Positions 10,233-21,893 are shown, numbered from the stretch's first letter. The stretch is DNA of 51,785 nt from Anaerolineae bacterium (GCA_027021705.1 JALUTT010000049.1:1-51785), one strand, 5' to 3'. The notes: generated from the letters alone by a model not told the origin. A program made the numbers and translations.

Positions 10233-10913
10233 ATGGCGCAAGGACAGCCACCCTATCGTGACGAAGGCACCGACTGGGATGCGCTGGAGCCGACCCAACC
10301 CAGCCGCCCCGCCGCAGGGCCGGCGGCCCGTCCGGCCCGCCGGCTGCCCTGGCGGGGTGGGGGGGAGGAACCCTCGCCCTATCCGCCCCGTCCTCCCCGG
10401 CGCCAACCGACCGGGCGGCGTCCGGGGCCGGGGGAGCAGGTGCCCGGCTGGATGATCGGCCTGGGGGTCGTCGCCGTTGTCGTCCTCCTCTGCGCTCTGG
10501 CTGCGACTTTCATCCTCTCCCGCCGGGGGAAAGGGGGCGAGGCCCAGGAGGCTCCTACCCCTACCCTCATCGTCACCACGCCCACGGCCACCCCGACGCC
10601 TCCCCCCTCGCCGACGCCTCGGCCTGAGGAGATCACCCCGACGCCGCTGCCGCCCACGCCCACCCCGGAGGTTCCTACCGAGATCACCGTCGGCGGCTAC
10701 GTCCAGGTGACGGGCACGGGCGGGGCCGGGTTGAGCTTCCGCCAAGCGCCGGGGGGCGATCTCATCAAAGTGCTGCCCGACGGGACGACGCTGGAGGTGA
10801 TCGGCGGGCCGCAGCAGGCCGGCGGTTACACCTGGTGGCAGTTGCGGGACCTCACCGACGGCCAGGAGGGGTGGTCGGCCGCCGACTACCTGACGCCTGT
10901 GCCGCCGCCGTAG
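10233..10913 (+). CDS. Single-pass membrane protein with Pro/Thr linker and C-terminal SH3b-like domain
   Basis: SD AAGGAGG; TM helix WMIGLGVVAVVVLLCALAATFIL; VQVTGTGGAGLSFRQAPG...GYTWWQL...EGW. Confidence 0.8.
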   Translation: MAQGQPPYRDEGTDWDALEPTQPSRPAAGPAARPARRLPWRGGGEEPSPYPPRPPRRQPTGRRPGPGEQVPGWMIGLGVVAVVVLLCALAATFILSRRGKGGEAQEAPTPTLIVTTPTATPTPPPSPTPRPEEITPTPLPPTPTPEVPTEITVGGYVQVTGTGGAGLSFRQAPGGDLIKVLPDGTTLEVIGGPQQAGGYTWWQLRDLTDGQEGWSAADYLTPVPPP

Positions 10914-11137
10914 GTGGTCGGGTGGTCGCTTGGTCGAGTGGTCGAGTGGTCGGATGGTCGGGTGGTCGCTTGGCCCCTGCCCCTTGTCCCTTGCCCCTTG
11001 TCGCTTGGTCGGATGGTCGCTTGGTCGGGTGGTCGCTTGGCCCCTGCCCCTTGTCCCTTGCCCCTTGTCGCTTGGTCGGATGGTCGCTTGGTCGAGTGGT
11101 CGGATGGTCGGATGGTCGGGCAGTCGGCGGTCGGTGA
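10914..11137. repeat. Tandem octamer (TGGTCGNN) and heptamer (CCCCTTG) repeat tract
   Basis: Many TGGTCG[GG/CT/AG/GA] units interleaved with duplicated CCCCTGCCCCTTGTCCCTTGCCCCTTG blocks. Confidence 0.9.
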
Positions 11138-11166
11138 CCGTCTAGTCGTTGTGCGGAGGAAAGCCT

Positions 11167-11244
11167 ATGCGCAAGATCACCCTGGAGTATCCGGAGGGGC
11201 TGGAGCAGGCCGTGCAGACGACAATAGGGGTGGTTCTGGGGTGA
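11167..11244 (+). pseudogene. Truncated stub resembling the N-terminus of a UPF0175-type small protein
   Basis: SD GGAGG then MRKITLEYPEGLEQAVQTTIGVVLG*; its stop overlaps the methylase GTG (GTGA). Family call from recollection only. Confidence 0.4.
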
Positions 11245-13451
11245 TTGAGCAACGTTTCGACATCCCCTTCGTCGCCCAACTGGCCCGGAGGGAAAAGCAG
11301 ATTCAGCAGAGCTATCGGCCCGTGATCGGGGTGCACAAGTGGTTCGCCCGCCGGCCGGGTACTCTGTTCCGTGCCCTTATGCTGGCGGAGTTTGTGGCAG
11401 ATTGCCCCCTGCCGGAGGCTTTCTTTCGGGGTCACAACCTGGCCCCTCGCATCGTGGGCGACCCCTTTATGGGCGGTGGCACGCCCTTGCTCGAGGCCAG
11501 CCGCTTGGGGTGTCACGTGGTGGGGGCCGACATCAACCCTATGGCCTATTGGGTGGTGCGCCAGGAGCTGGCCGAGCTGGAACAGATGGCCTTCCGGGAG
11601 GCGGCGCAGGAGGTCATCGCAGCCGTTGAGGAGCAGATCGGGGCGCTCTATCAAACCCGGTGCCTCCACTGTGGTCGCTTGGCCCCGGTGAAGTACTTCC
11701 TCTGGGTGAAGCAAATTCCCTGCGTCGCCTGTGGGCAGACGGTGCGACTCTTTCCCCACTACCTGGTCGCTAAAAACACCCGCCATCCCAATTACGTACT
11801 GGTCTGCGCATCCTGTGGAGCGCTCAATGAAGTCGAGTCCCTGGAAGCCCTTGCTGCGAGAGTCCGCTGTGTGTCCTGTGGGAGCAGGCTGGTGAGGGAG
11901 GGGCCGGCCCGACGTAACCGGGTCACCTGTGCGCACTGTGGGCATATCAATGCTTACCCCCGTGCCGAGATGGGGCCGCCGGACCATCATCTTTTTGCTC
12001 TAGAGTATCATTGTTCCCATTGTGCCCCTCACCGTCGAGGACGCTTCTTCAAGGCTCCTGATGAGGAGGACTTGGCCCGGCTGGCCGAGACGGACCGGCG
12101 TCTTGCCCAGGCCTCGCTCGCCTTCGTGCCCGACGACGCCATTCCACCGGGCGATGAGACGCTGCGGCTCCACCGGTGGGGATACCGTTCCTACCGGCAA
12201 CTCTTCAATGCCCGGCAACTGCTGGGGCTCAACACGTTGGCTGAGGCGATCGCCTCGGTGGATGATGAGGTTGTGCGCCATGCCTTGTTGACCGTCTTCT
12301 CCGATACACTCCGCTACCAGAATATGCTCTGTCGGTACGACACCTATGCCTTGAAGATTGTGGACATCTTCTCCGTCCATGGCTTCCCCGTCAGCCTCAT
12401 CCAGGCGGAGAATGCCCTGTTAGGGGTGCCTGGTGTCGGAAGCGGGGGATTTCGCCATTTCGTTGAGAAGTATGCGCGAGCAAAAGCCTACTGCGAGCGG
12501 CCTTACGAGCGAGCCCTCAATCGCCGCCGCCACCGTGTCTACACGGTGGGAGAGCGGATCGGGGCCCGGCTGGTGGACCGCTTTCCTGATCCTGGGTCGC
12601 CCAAGGCAGCGTATCTGGCTGCTGCCTCCGCTGAAACGGTGGCTCTGCCACCCGCTGCGCTGGATGCCGTGATGACGGACCCCCCTTACCTAGCCAATGT
12701 CCAGTATGCTGAGTTGATGGACTTCTGCTACGTGTGGTTGCGGAAACATCTGGCCCAGGAACTCCCTCCCTTTCGCCGGCCCTCTACCCGTACCGATGAG
12801 GAGTTGACGGTCAACCGCACAGAGGGGCGAGACATCCTGCACTTTACCGAAGGGATCACCCGTATCTTCGTCCACTTTACCAAAGCGCTTAAGCCCGGTG
12901 GCCTCTTTGTCTTCACCTACCATCACAATGATCTGGAGGCGTACCTGCCCATTGCTGTGGCCTTGCTGGATGCGGGTCTGGCGTGTACGGCCACTTTGCC
13001 CTGTCCCACAGAGATGAAAGCCTCCATCCACATCAACGGCACCAAGTCCTCGGTCGTGGACACCATCTTCGTCTGTCGAACCACCGGACGGATCGTATCT
13101 GCCGACTTCGTGGCCGCACCGGAGAACCTGGTTCGCTTGGTCGCGGACGATCTGGCGGCCTTGCAGCAGGGAGGGCTGAAGCCGACGCTGGGGGATGCTC
13201 GTTGTCTGCTCTTTGGTCATCTGACCCGCGTGGGGGTGTGGCAGCTTCGCCGGGGATGGGATCGGGACAGGGAGACCGATGCGAAGCTCGATCAGGTGAG
13301 GGATTGTTTAGACCGCATCTACCCTGTTCCTCTGGTCGAGAGGTTGGCTGCTCAGGCTCTTTACCGGGCTATAGAGGTGGACCCTCTGGCTTCTATGCGC
13401 GTGCGCGAGGAGACGACATCTTATGCCCCCGGTGCCTACGTTCGCTTTTGA
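11241..13451 (+). CDS. Adenine-specific DNA methyltransferase with Zn-ribbons (COG1743/DUF1156-like)
   Basis: GVHKWFARRPG, SAM motif DPFMGGGT, catalytic TDPPY, multiple CxxC pairs. Start set at GTG 11241 because the ORF-track extension is repeat DNA. Confidence 0.9.
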   Translation: MIEQRFDIPFVAQLARREKQIQQSYRPVIGVHKWFARRPGTLFRALMLAEFVADCPLPEAFFRGHNLAPRIVGDPFMGGGTPLLEASRLGCHVVGADINPMAYWVVRQELAELEQMAFREAAQEVIAAVEEQIGALYQTRCLHCGRLAPVKYFLWVKQIPCVACGQTVRLFPHYLVAKNTRHPNYVLVCASCGALNEVESLEALAARVRCVSCGSRLVREGPARRNRVTCAHCGHINAYPRAEMGPPDHHLFALEYHCSHCAPHRRGRFFKAPDEEDLARLAETDRRLAQASLAFVPDDAIPPGDETLRLHRWGYRSYRQLFNARQLLGLNTLAEAIASVDDEVVRHALLTVFSDTLRYQNMLCRYDTYALKIVDIFSVHGFPVSLIQAENALLGVPGVGSGGFRHFVEKYARAKAYCERPYERALNRRRHRVYTVGERIGARLVDRFPDPGSPKAAYLAAASAETVALPPAALDAVMTDPPYLANVQYAELMDFCYVWLRKHLAQELPPFRRPSTRTDEELTVNRTEGRDILHFTEGITRIFVHFTKALKPGGLFVFTYHHNDLEAYLPIAVALLDAGLACTATLPCPTEMKASIHINGTKSSVVDTIFVCRTTGRIVSADFVAAPENLVRLVADDLAALQQGGLKPTLGDARCLLFGHLTRVGVWQLRRGWDRDRETDAKLDQVRDCLDRIYPVPLVERLAAQALYRAIEVDPLASMRVREETTSYAPGAYVRF

Positions 13452-13843
13452 GGTTGAAGATGAGGCAATAGGCTGGCATCAGCTTTCGCAAAACCGGACG
13501 GGCCGAGCACCTGGAAGGATTCGATCAAGCTCCCGACTTCGTCGTTCCTGACGAATGGAATCCCCGCATCGTTATCGAGGCCAAGATCACGGAAGACGAT
13601 GGCACGGCACGGGATAAGGTGACCCGGATTCAGCACCTGGCCGAGATTAGCCGTCAGCGCGAAAGGGAGGGCAGACGGGGATTCCAGGTCATCGCTTGCG
13701 TGGACGGACGCGGCTTCAGTGTGCGTCGGGCGGATATGCGCAAGCTTCTGGAGGCTACGAAGGGGAAAGTGTTCACCTTGGCAACGCTGGATCACCTGAT
13801 CTCCCACACGGACTTGAGGCTCTACCAAAGCAGGAAGGGATAG
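13423..13843 (+). pseudogene. Internally deleted / frameshifted PD-(D/E)xK restriction endonuclease
   Basis: SD GAGGAG + ATG 13423 (MPPVPTFAFEVEDEAI), then frame break at ~13470. Second frame from 13472, preceded by TAG, reads AGISFRKTGRAEHLEGFDQAPDFVVPDEWNPRIVIEAKITEDDGTARDKVTRIQHL to stop 13843. Confidence 0.75.
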
Positions 13844-15886
<2,043 letters not shown>

Positions 15887-15893
15887 TCGCGGT

Positions 15894-17543
15894 ATGGTGA
15901 CCATCCGACAGGTGCTGACCGACATCTCCCTGCTGGCCGAAGCCCGCGTGGTCGCCGGGGCCCCCGGCCTGGACCGGGAGATCGGCTGGCCTCAGATCGT
16001 GGACATCCCCGGCGTCGCCGAGTGGCTGCACCAGGGTGACCTGCTTCTGACCACCGCCTTCGCCCTGCGGGAGCCACCTGATGAGCAACGGGCCTTGGTC
16101 CGGGCCTTACACGAGCGAGGAGTGGTCGGGGCCTTCCTCTCTGTGGGCCGCTATGCCCCCCACGTCCCCACCCCGATGCGAGAGGTGGCCGAGGCCCTGG
16201 GCTTCCCTCTGGTCGAGCTCCCCTGGCAGGCCCCCTTGATGGAGATCAGCCAGCAGATCTCCCGGCGCATCGTCAGCGAACACCGAGAGCTGCTGAGCCA
16301 GTCCCTCGAAATCCACCAGACGCTGACCCAGGCGGTGGCCGAGGGGCTGGGGCTCCAGGCGGTGGCCGAGATCCTGGCCCGCCTCCTGGACCGTTCGGTG
16401 ACCATCGAGGATGCCGACTTGCGCCTGTTGGCGGCGGCCACCGCCCAGGAGGTGGACCCGGCCCGACGCTGGAGCCTGGCTCACGGCCACACCCCCCACG
16501 TCATCCTGGAGCGTTTGCGGACCAGCGGCTTCTTCGAGGAACTGGCCCGTCAGCCTCGCCCCGTCCGCGTTGGCCCTTTCCCCGACCTGGGGATGACCGC
16601 CGAGCGGATCGTCGCCCCCATCGTCGCCGCCCGTGAGGTTCTGGGCTACGTCTGGGTGTTGGCAGGGGAGCGGCCCATCGTCCGCCTCGACTACGTGGCC
16701 ATCGAGCACGGCGCGACCGTCGCCGCGCTGATCCTGACCCGGGACCGGGCGGTGCGGGAGGCCCACGCCCACCGCCGCCGGGACCTGCTGGATGTGCTGC
16801 TGGCGGAGGAGCCTGGGCAGGGCCGGTCCCGCCGCGAGCGGTTGAGTCAGATGGCCGCGGCCGCCGCCCGGCTGGGCCTGGACCCGACCCGGCCCTACTG
16901 TGCCCTCCTGGCCCGAGGGGATCTCATCTCCGAAAGGCTGTTGGTCCAACTGGAATCCATCCTGGCGGCGCTGGTGGAGCAGAAGGATGGGCAGGGGCTC
17001 GTGGCTCGTCGCCAGGGCCACCTTATCCTGGTGGCCGATGAGACGTTGATGGCCCGCATCGAGGAAGCCCTGCCCGCCCGGATCGCGTCCTTGCCTGTTT
17101 TCATCGGCGTGGGCGAGCCGGTTCCTCTGGGCGACCTGGCCACCAGCTACGCCCAGGCGTGGGAGGTCACCGAGGTCCTGCATCGCTTGGGGGAGGGGCA
17201 GGGGCTGCGGACTTTCCGCTCTCTGGGCCTGCTTCACTGGCTCTACCGCCTACCCGCTGCCGTCCGCGAGGCCAATCCCTACCTGGCCCTGATCCGTCGG
17301 TTGGCCCAGGCCAACCCTGCGCTGGTCGAGACGCTGGAGGCCTACCTGGACCGGGGGGGGAACGCCGTGCAGACGGCCCGCGACCTCTACCTGCACCGTA
17401 GCACCCTTCTCTACCGCCTGCAGCGCATCAAAGAGCACCTGGGGGTGGACCTGGCGGACCCCGATGTCCGTTTGAACCTGCACGTGGCCCTGAAGGCGTA
17501 TCGGTTGGAAGGAGATACTGGGCAACGAATGGGGAACGAATAA
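15894..17543 (+). CDS. PucR/CdaR-family transcriptional regulator
   Basis: N-terminal PucR ligand domain (AGAPGLDREI..GDLLLTT), GAF-like middle, C-terminal HTH TARDLYLHRSTLLYRL. Confidence 0.93.
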   Translation: MVTIRQVLTDISLLAEARVVAGAPGLDREIGWPQIVDIPGVAEWLHQGDLLLTTAFALREPPDEQRALVRALHERGVVGAFLSVGRYAPHVPTPMREVAEALGFPLVELPWQAPLMEISQQISRRIVSEHRELLSQSLEIHQTLTQAVAEGLGLQAVAEILARLLDRSVTIEDADLRLLAAATAQEVDPARRWSLAHGHTPHVILERLRTSGFFEELARQPRPVRVGPFPDLGMTAERIVAPIVAAREVLGYVWVLAGERPIVRLDYVAIEHGATVAALILTRDRAVREAHAHRRRDLLDVLLAEEPGQGRSRRERLSQMAAAAARLGLDPTRPYCALLARGDLISERLLVQLESILAALVEQKDGQGLVARRQGHLILVADETLMARIEEALPARIASLPVFIGVGEPVPLGDLATSYAQAWEVTEVLHRLGEGQGLRTFRSLGLLHWLYRLPAAVREANPYLALIRRLAQANPALVETLEAYLDRGGNAVQTARDLYLHRSTLLYRLQRIKEHLGVDLADPDVRLNLHVALKAYRLEGDTGQRMGNE

Positions 17544-17563
17544 ACGAATGGTGCGGGCGGGGA

Positions 17564-17745
17564 GTGCTGGGGAGACGCCCCGCCGTGAACCGGTGGGGCT
17601 GGGGGCTCTCCGCTGGGGGCTGGATCCCCCCAGCACCGGCTCTTCGAGGCCGGTGCGGCGACCGCAAAGCCCGTTTCGCCGCGACGCCGATGGGGCCGTC
17701 TGGGGAGACGCCCCGCCGTGGAACAGGCGGGGCTGGGGGGCTGGA
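17564..17745 (+). repeat. Left REP-like hairpin cluster flanking tnpA
   Basis: Two copies of hairpin A (CCCCGCCG-TG(G)AAC-CGGCGGGG) and one of hairpin B (GCACCGGC-TCTTCGAG-GCCGGTGC). Confidence 0.85.
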
Positions 17746-17782
17746 AAGCCAAGTAAACCAGCAAAGGTGAGGAAGCCGAACG

Positions 17783-18202
17783 ATGCCGTGGAATCTCGGT
17801 GAGAGCCATAAACCCAACCATAACAGCTATGCCCTCTACTATCACGTCGTCTTTGTCACCTATAAGCGGGAACCCCTGATTGACAGGGAGATCGCAGCCT
17901 TCTTGAGGGAATTCTTCCCGGCCAAATGTGCCGAATTGGAAGTCCATCTACTGGAGCAGGGGATTGTATGCGATCACGTTCACCTCCTACTCAGCCTGCG
18001 TCCTGTCCATTACATCCCAGAGGTTCTCAACTATCTGAAAGGGGCCTCCGCACACGAGGCGAACAACCACCACGACTTCCGAAATGTGTTGCGCTGGATG
18101 CGCGGTTATCACATTGATACGGTCAGCAGGCGGACCTTGGAATCCGCGAAGCGGTATGTGAGGGAGCAGCACAAGCGTCACCCGGACAGGATGCCGACGT
18201 AA
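17783..18202 (+). CDS. tnpA: IS200/IS605-type HUH Y1 transposase (no tnpB)
   Basis: LYYHVVFVTYKR, HUH motif DHVHLL, LKGASAH, W-x-x-GY..TVS, catalytic YVREQ; 139 aa. Confidence 0.93.
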   Translation: MPWNLGESHKPNHNSYALYYHVVFVTYKREPLIDREIAAFLREFFPAKCAELEVHLLEQGIVCDHVHLLLSLRPVHYIPEVLNYLKGASAHEANNHHDFRNVLRWMRGYHIDTVSRRTLESAKRYVREQHKRHPDRMPT

Positions 18203-18214
18203 CCTGCCTGGAAG

Positions 18215-19105
18215 GCCGCCCCGTGAACCGGCGGGGCTGGGGGGTGCTGGGGAGATGCCCCGCCGTGGAACCGGCGGGGCTAGGGGTGGCTGGGGAGCCG
18301 CCCCGCCGTGGAACCGGCGGGGCTGGGGGTGGCCAGGGAGCCGCCCCGCCGTGGAACAGGCGGGGCTGGGGGGTGCTGGGGAGCCGCCCCGCCGTGGAAC
18401 CGGCGGGGCTGGGGGGTGCTGGGGAGATGCCCCGCCGTGGAACCGGCGGGGCTAGGGGTGGCTGGGGAGCCGCCCCGCCGTGGAACCGGCGGGGCTGGGG
18501 GGTGCTGGGGAGCCGCCCCGCTGTGGAACCGGCGGGGCTAGGGGCTCTCCGCCGGAGGCTGGATTCCCCCAGCCCCGGCTCTTCGAGGCCGGTGCGGCGT
18601 CTGGCCGGATTCCCCCAGGCGACCGCAAAGCCCGTTTCGCCACGACGCCGACGGGGCCGTCTGGGGAGCCGCCCCGCCGTGGAACCGGCGGGGCTGGGGG
18701 TGGCCGGGGAGCCGCCCCGCCGTGAACCGGCGAGGCTGGGGGTGGCCGGGGAGATGCCCCGCCGTGGAACAGGCGGGGCTAGGGGCTTTCCGCCGGAGAC
18801 TGGATTCCCCCAGCACCGGCTCTTCGAGGCCGGTGCGGCGACCGCAAAGCCCGTTTCGCCACGACGCCGACGGGGCCGTCTGGGGAGCCGCCCCGCCGTG
18901 AACCGGTGGGGCTGGGGGTGGCCGGGGAGACGCCCCGCCGTGAACCGGCGGGGCTGGGGGGTGCTGGGGAGCTGCCCCGCCGTGGAACCGGCGGGGCTAG
19001 GGGTGGCTGGGAGGTCGCCCTGCCGTGGAACCGGCGGGGCTGGGGGTGGCCAGGGAGCCGCCCCGCCGTGGAACAGGCGGGGCTAGGGGCTTTCCGCCGG
19101 AGACT
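18215..19105 (+). repeat. Right array of ~16 co-oriented REP-like hairpins (~42-44 bp period) with two composite B/C inserts
   Basis: Unit GGGGAG(C/A)(C/T)GCCCCGCCGTGGAACCGGCGGGGCT(G/A)GGGG(G)TG..; copies counted by eye. Confidence 0.92.
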
Positions 19106-19600
19106 GGATTCCCCCAGCCCCGGCTCTTCGAGGCCGGTGCGGCGTCTGGCCGGATTCCCCCAGCCCCGGCTCTTCGAGGCCGGTGCGGCGTCTGGCCGGA
19201 TTCCCCCAGCCCCGGCTCTTCGAGGCCGGTGCGGCGTCTGGCCGGATTCCCCCAGCCCCGGCTCTTCGAGGCCGGTGCGGCGTCTGGCCGGATTCCCCCA
19301 GCACCGGCTCTTCGAGGCCGGTGCGGCATCTGGCCGGATTCCCCCAGCCCCGGCTCTTCGAGGCCGGTGCGGCATCTGGCCGGATTCCCCCAGCACCGGC
19401 TCTTCGAGGCCGGTGCGGCGTCTGGCCGGATTCCCCCAGCACCGGCTCTTCGAGTGCGGCGTCTGGCCGGATTCCCCCAGCACCGGCTCTTCGAGGCCGG
19501 TGCGGCATCTGGCCGGATTCCCCCAGCACCGGCTCTTCGAGGCCGGTGCGGCATCTGGCCGGATTCCCCCAGCACCGGCTCTTCAAGGCCGGTGCGGCAT
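19106..19600 (+). repeat. 46-bp tandem repeat x11, each with hairpin B, no spacers
   Basis: GGATTCCCCCAGC(C/A)CCGGCTCTTCGAGGCCGGTGCGGC(G/A)TCTGGCC starting at 19106, 19152, 19198, 19244, 19290, 19336, 19382, 19428 (41-bp variant), 19469, 19515, 19561 (partial). Confidence 0.95.
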
Positions 19601-19642
19601 CACGGACCCGCCGCGAGCAGGGGAAAGCTGGAGGGCATTCTG

Positions 19643-20782
19643 GTGTCCTTGGAAGTGAAAAGCTTGGTGCAGCGGTTCCGGGACGTTGCCTTCGACCTTG
19701 TCGGCGTCACGCCGGCCCGGCCTGCGCCTCACCGGGAAGCCTATCACCGCTGGCTCGCCCAGGGCTACCACGCCGGGATGGCCTACATGGCCCGCCCCGA
19801 CCGGGTGGCCCGCCGCGACGATCCTCGCCGCATCCTGTCCGACGCCTGCTCCATCGTCGTCGTCGGCCTCAACTACGCTACCCTCCAGCCTTCGCCCGAG
19901 CAGGTCCAGGATCCCGCCCGGGGGCGCATCGCTCGGTATGCCTGGGGGGCCGACTACCACGACCTGATGTTGGAGCGGCTGGAGCGGATGGCGACCGCCA
20001 TCGCCCAGGAGCTGGGCCGTCCCATCCGCTACCGGGCCTATGTGGACACCGGCCCGGTGCTGGAACGGGACTACGCCGCCGAAGCGGGGCTGGGCTTCAT
20101 CGGGAAGAACACTTGCCTCATCCACCCCCGACGGGGCTCCTGGTTCTTCTTGGGCGAACTCCTGCTGGATGCGACGCTGCCCTACGACCGTCCGCTGACA
20201 GGGATCGGCTGTGGCACCTGCAGCCGCTGTCTGAACGCCTGCCCTACCGGTGCTTTCCCAGCACCCTACCAACTGGACAGCCGGCGCTGCATCTCCTACC
20301 TGACCATTGAGCATAAAGGGAGCATCCCTCGCGACCTGCGGCCCCGGATGGGCAACTGGATCTTCGGCTGTGATCTCTGTCAGGAGGTCTGCCCCTGGAA
20401 CCGCTTCGCCCGCCCTACCGGAGAGCGGGCTTTTTTTCCTACCTCGCCGGAGCGGATCGCGCCCTCCCTGCTGGACCTGATCACCCTGGACGAAGAGGCG
20501 TTCCGTCGCCGCTTTCGGAACACGCCGCTCTGGCGGCCCCGACGCCGAGGGCTGCTGCGCAACGTGGCCGTCGCCATCGGCAACTGGGGGGATCCCAGCG
20601 CCGTCCCCGCCCTCGTTCGGGCCCTGGCCGATCCGGAGCCGCTGATCCGGGAGCACGTCGCCTGGGCGCTGGGACGGATCGGCACGCCGGCCGCCCGCCG
20701 GGCCCTGCGGGACGCGCTTCGCCGGGAGTCGGTGCCCGAGGTGCGGCAGGAGATCCAGCGCAGCCTGGACCTTTCCCCATGA
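19643..20782 (+). CDS. queG: tRNA epoxyqueuosine(34) reductase with C-terminal HEAT repeats
   Basis: IARYAWGADYH, YVDTGPVLER, GFIGKNT, CGTCSRCLNACP, GCDLCQEVCPWN; start GTG after SD GGAGG. Confidence 0.95.
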   Translation: MSLEVKSLVQRFRDVAFDLVGVTPARPAPHREAYHRWLAQGYHAGMAYMARPDRVARRDDPRRILSDACSIVVVGLNYATLQPSPEQVQDPARGRIARYAWGADYHDLMLERLERMATAIAQELGRPIRYRAYVDTGPVLERDYAAEAGLGFIGKNTCLIHPRRGSWFFLGELLLDATLPYDRPLTGIGCGTCSRCLNACPTGAFPAPYQLDSRRCISYLTIEHKGSIPRDLRPRMGNWIFGCDLCQEVCPWNRFARPTGERAFFPTSPERIAPSLLDLITLDEEAFRRRFRNTPLWRPRRRGLLRNVAVAIGNWGDPSAVPALVRALADPEPLIREHVAWALGRIGTPAARRALRDALRRESVPEVRQEIQRSLDLSP

Positions 20783-20846
20783 GCGTGCCCAGGGCTTCTT
20801 GGCCCTCTGATAGCTCAAACCAATGCGCTGAACGTCGAGGTGCTCT

Positions 20847-21893
20847 ATGTCCCCAAGCCGTATGCGTCAAGTCGTCCTGTTGGGACCCCGCCAGCTCACC
20901 GTCCGGGAGGTGGAGGTCCCGGAGCCGGAGCCGGGGGAGGTCCTCATCCGGGTGGAGCTCTGTGCCCTCTGCACCTGGGAGCAGCGGACCTACACCGGCG
21001 AGGAGACCTTCGTCCCCCTGCTGGGAGGGCACGAAGTGACCGGTCGCGTAGAAGCGATCAACGGCTCCACCTACCTGGACCTGCACCCGGGCGATCGGGT
21101 GGCCATCTCGCTGCTGAACCGGTGCGGTCAGTGCCAGGCCTGCCGACGGGGGTACGACAACATCTGCGAACACGGCTTCGACCTGCCCCTGCGGTACGGT
21201 ATCCCTGGACCGGCCGGGCTGAGCGAGTACCTGATCGCCAAGGTGACCGACCTCTTCCCAATGCCGCCCAGCGTGCCGCCGGAGCACGTGGCGCTGACGG
21301 AGCCCTTGGCCTGCGTCCTGCGCAGCGTCAAACGGGCTCGCATCCACCCCGGCGAGAAGGTCGTCATCGTCGGGATGGGCGTGATGGGGGTTCTGCACCT
21401 GCAACTGGCCCTGGCCCGGGGAGGCGTCGTCATCGTCAGCGAACCGAACCCCGACCGCCGGGCGGCGGCGCTGGCGATGGGGGCCACGGCGGCCATTGAC
21501 CCCAGCCGAGAGGCCTATCGGGAGCGCGTCCTGGCGCTGACCGACGGATGGGGGGCCGACGTGACTTTCATCTGCGTGCCCCACGCCGCCGTGGTTGGGC
21601 CGGCCGTCGAGGCTGCGGCCAAGAACGGGCGCGTCCTGATGTACTCCAGCATCCACCCCCGGGGCACCAAGGTGGAACTGGACCCCAACATCTTCCACAA
21701 CAAGGAGGTGGTGCTGACCGGGACGATGAGCCAGAGCCAGCGGGACTTCTTCGAGGCGGCTCAGCTCATCGCCCACGGCCTGGTGGACCTGGACCCCCTC
21801 ATCAGCGCCCGCTACCCCCTGGAGGAGGTCCAAGCCGCTTTCGAGGCGGCGCTGCGGGAGGATACCTACCGCGTCTTCGTCACGATGGCCTGA
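20847..21893 (+). CDS. Zn-dependent (MDR) sugar-alcohol dehydrogenase
   Basis: GHE motif, CGQCQAC...C structural Zn site, EPLAC, GMGVMG NAD motif. Confidence 0.9.
   Translation: MSPSRMRQVVLLGPRQLTVREVEVPEPEPGEVLIRVELCALCTWEQRTYTGEETFVPLLGGHEVTGRVEAINGSTYLDLHPGDRVAISLLNRCGQCQACRRGYDNICEHGFDLPLRYGIPGPAGLSEYLIAKVTDLFPMPPSVPPEHVALTEPLACVLRSVKRARIHPGEKVVIVGMGVMGVLHLQLALARGGVVIVSEPNPDRRAAALAMGATAAIDPSREAYRERVLALTDGWGADVTFICVPHAAVVGPAVEAAAKNGRVLMYSSIHPRGTKVELDPNIFHNKEVVLTGTMSQSQRDFFEAAQLIAHGLVDLDPLISARYPLEEVQAAFEAALREDTYRVFVTMA

Noticed and set aside
10914..11240. N-terminal extension of the methylase (845-aa ORF)
   Set aside because: Encoded by octamer repeats; family-like sequence starts at GTG 11241.
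18215..19600. CRISPR array
   Set aside because: Units are contiguous with no unique spacers, and there are no cas genes in the window.
19025..19642. N-terminal extension of QueG (585-aa ORF)
   Set aside because: The extension is the 46-bp array read through; an SD and GTG are present at 19643.
18223..19658. ORFs after tnpA as TnpB/IscB or other proteins
   Set aside because: Low-complexity translations of the repeats with no RuvC, HNH or Zn-finger motifs.
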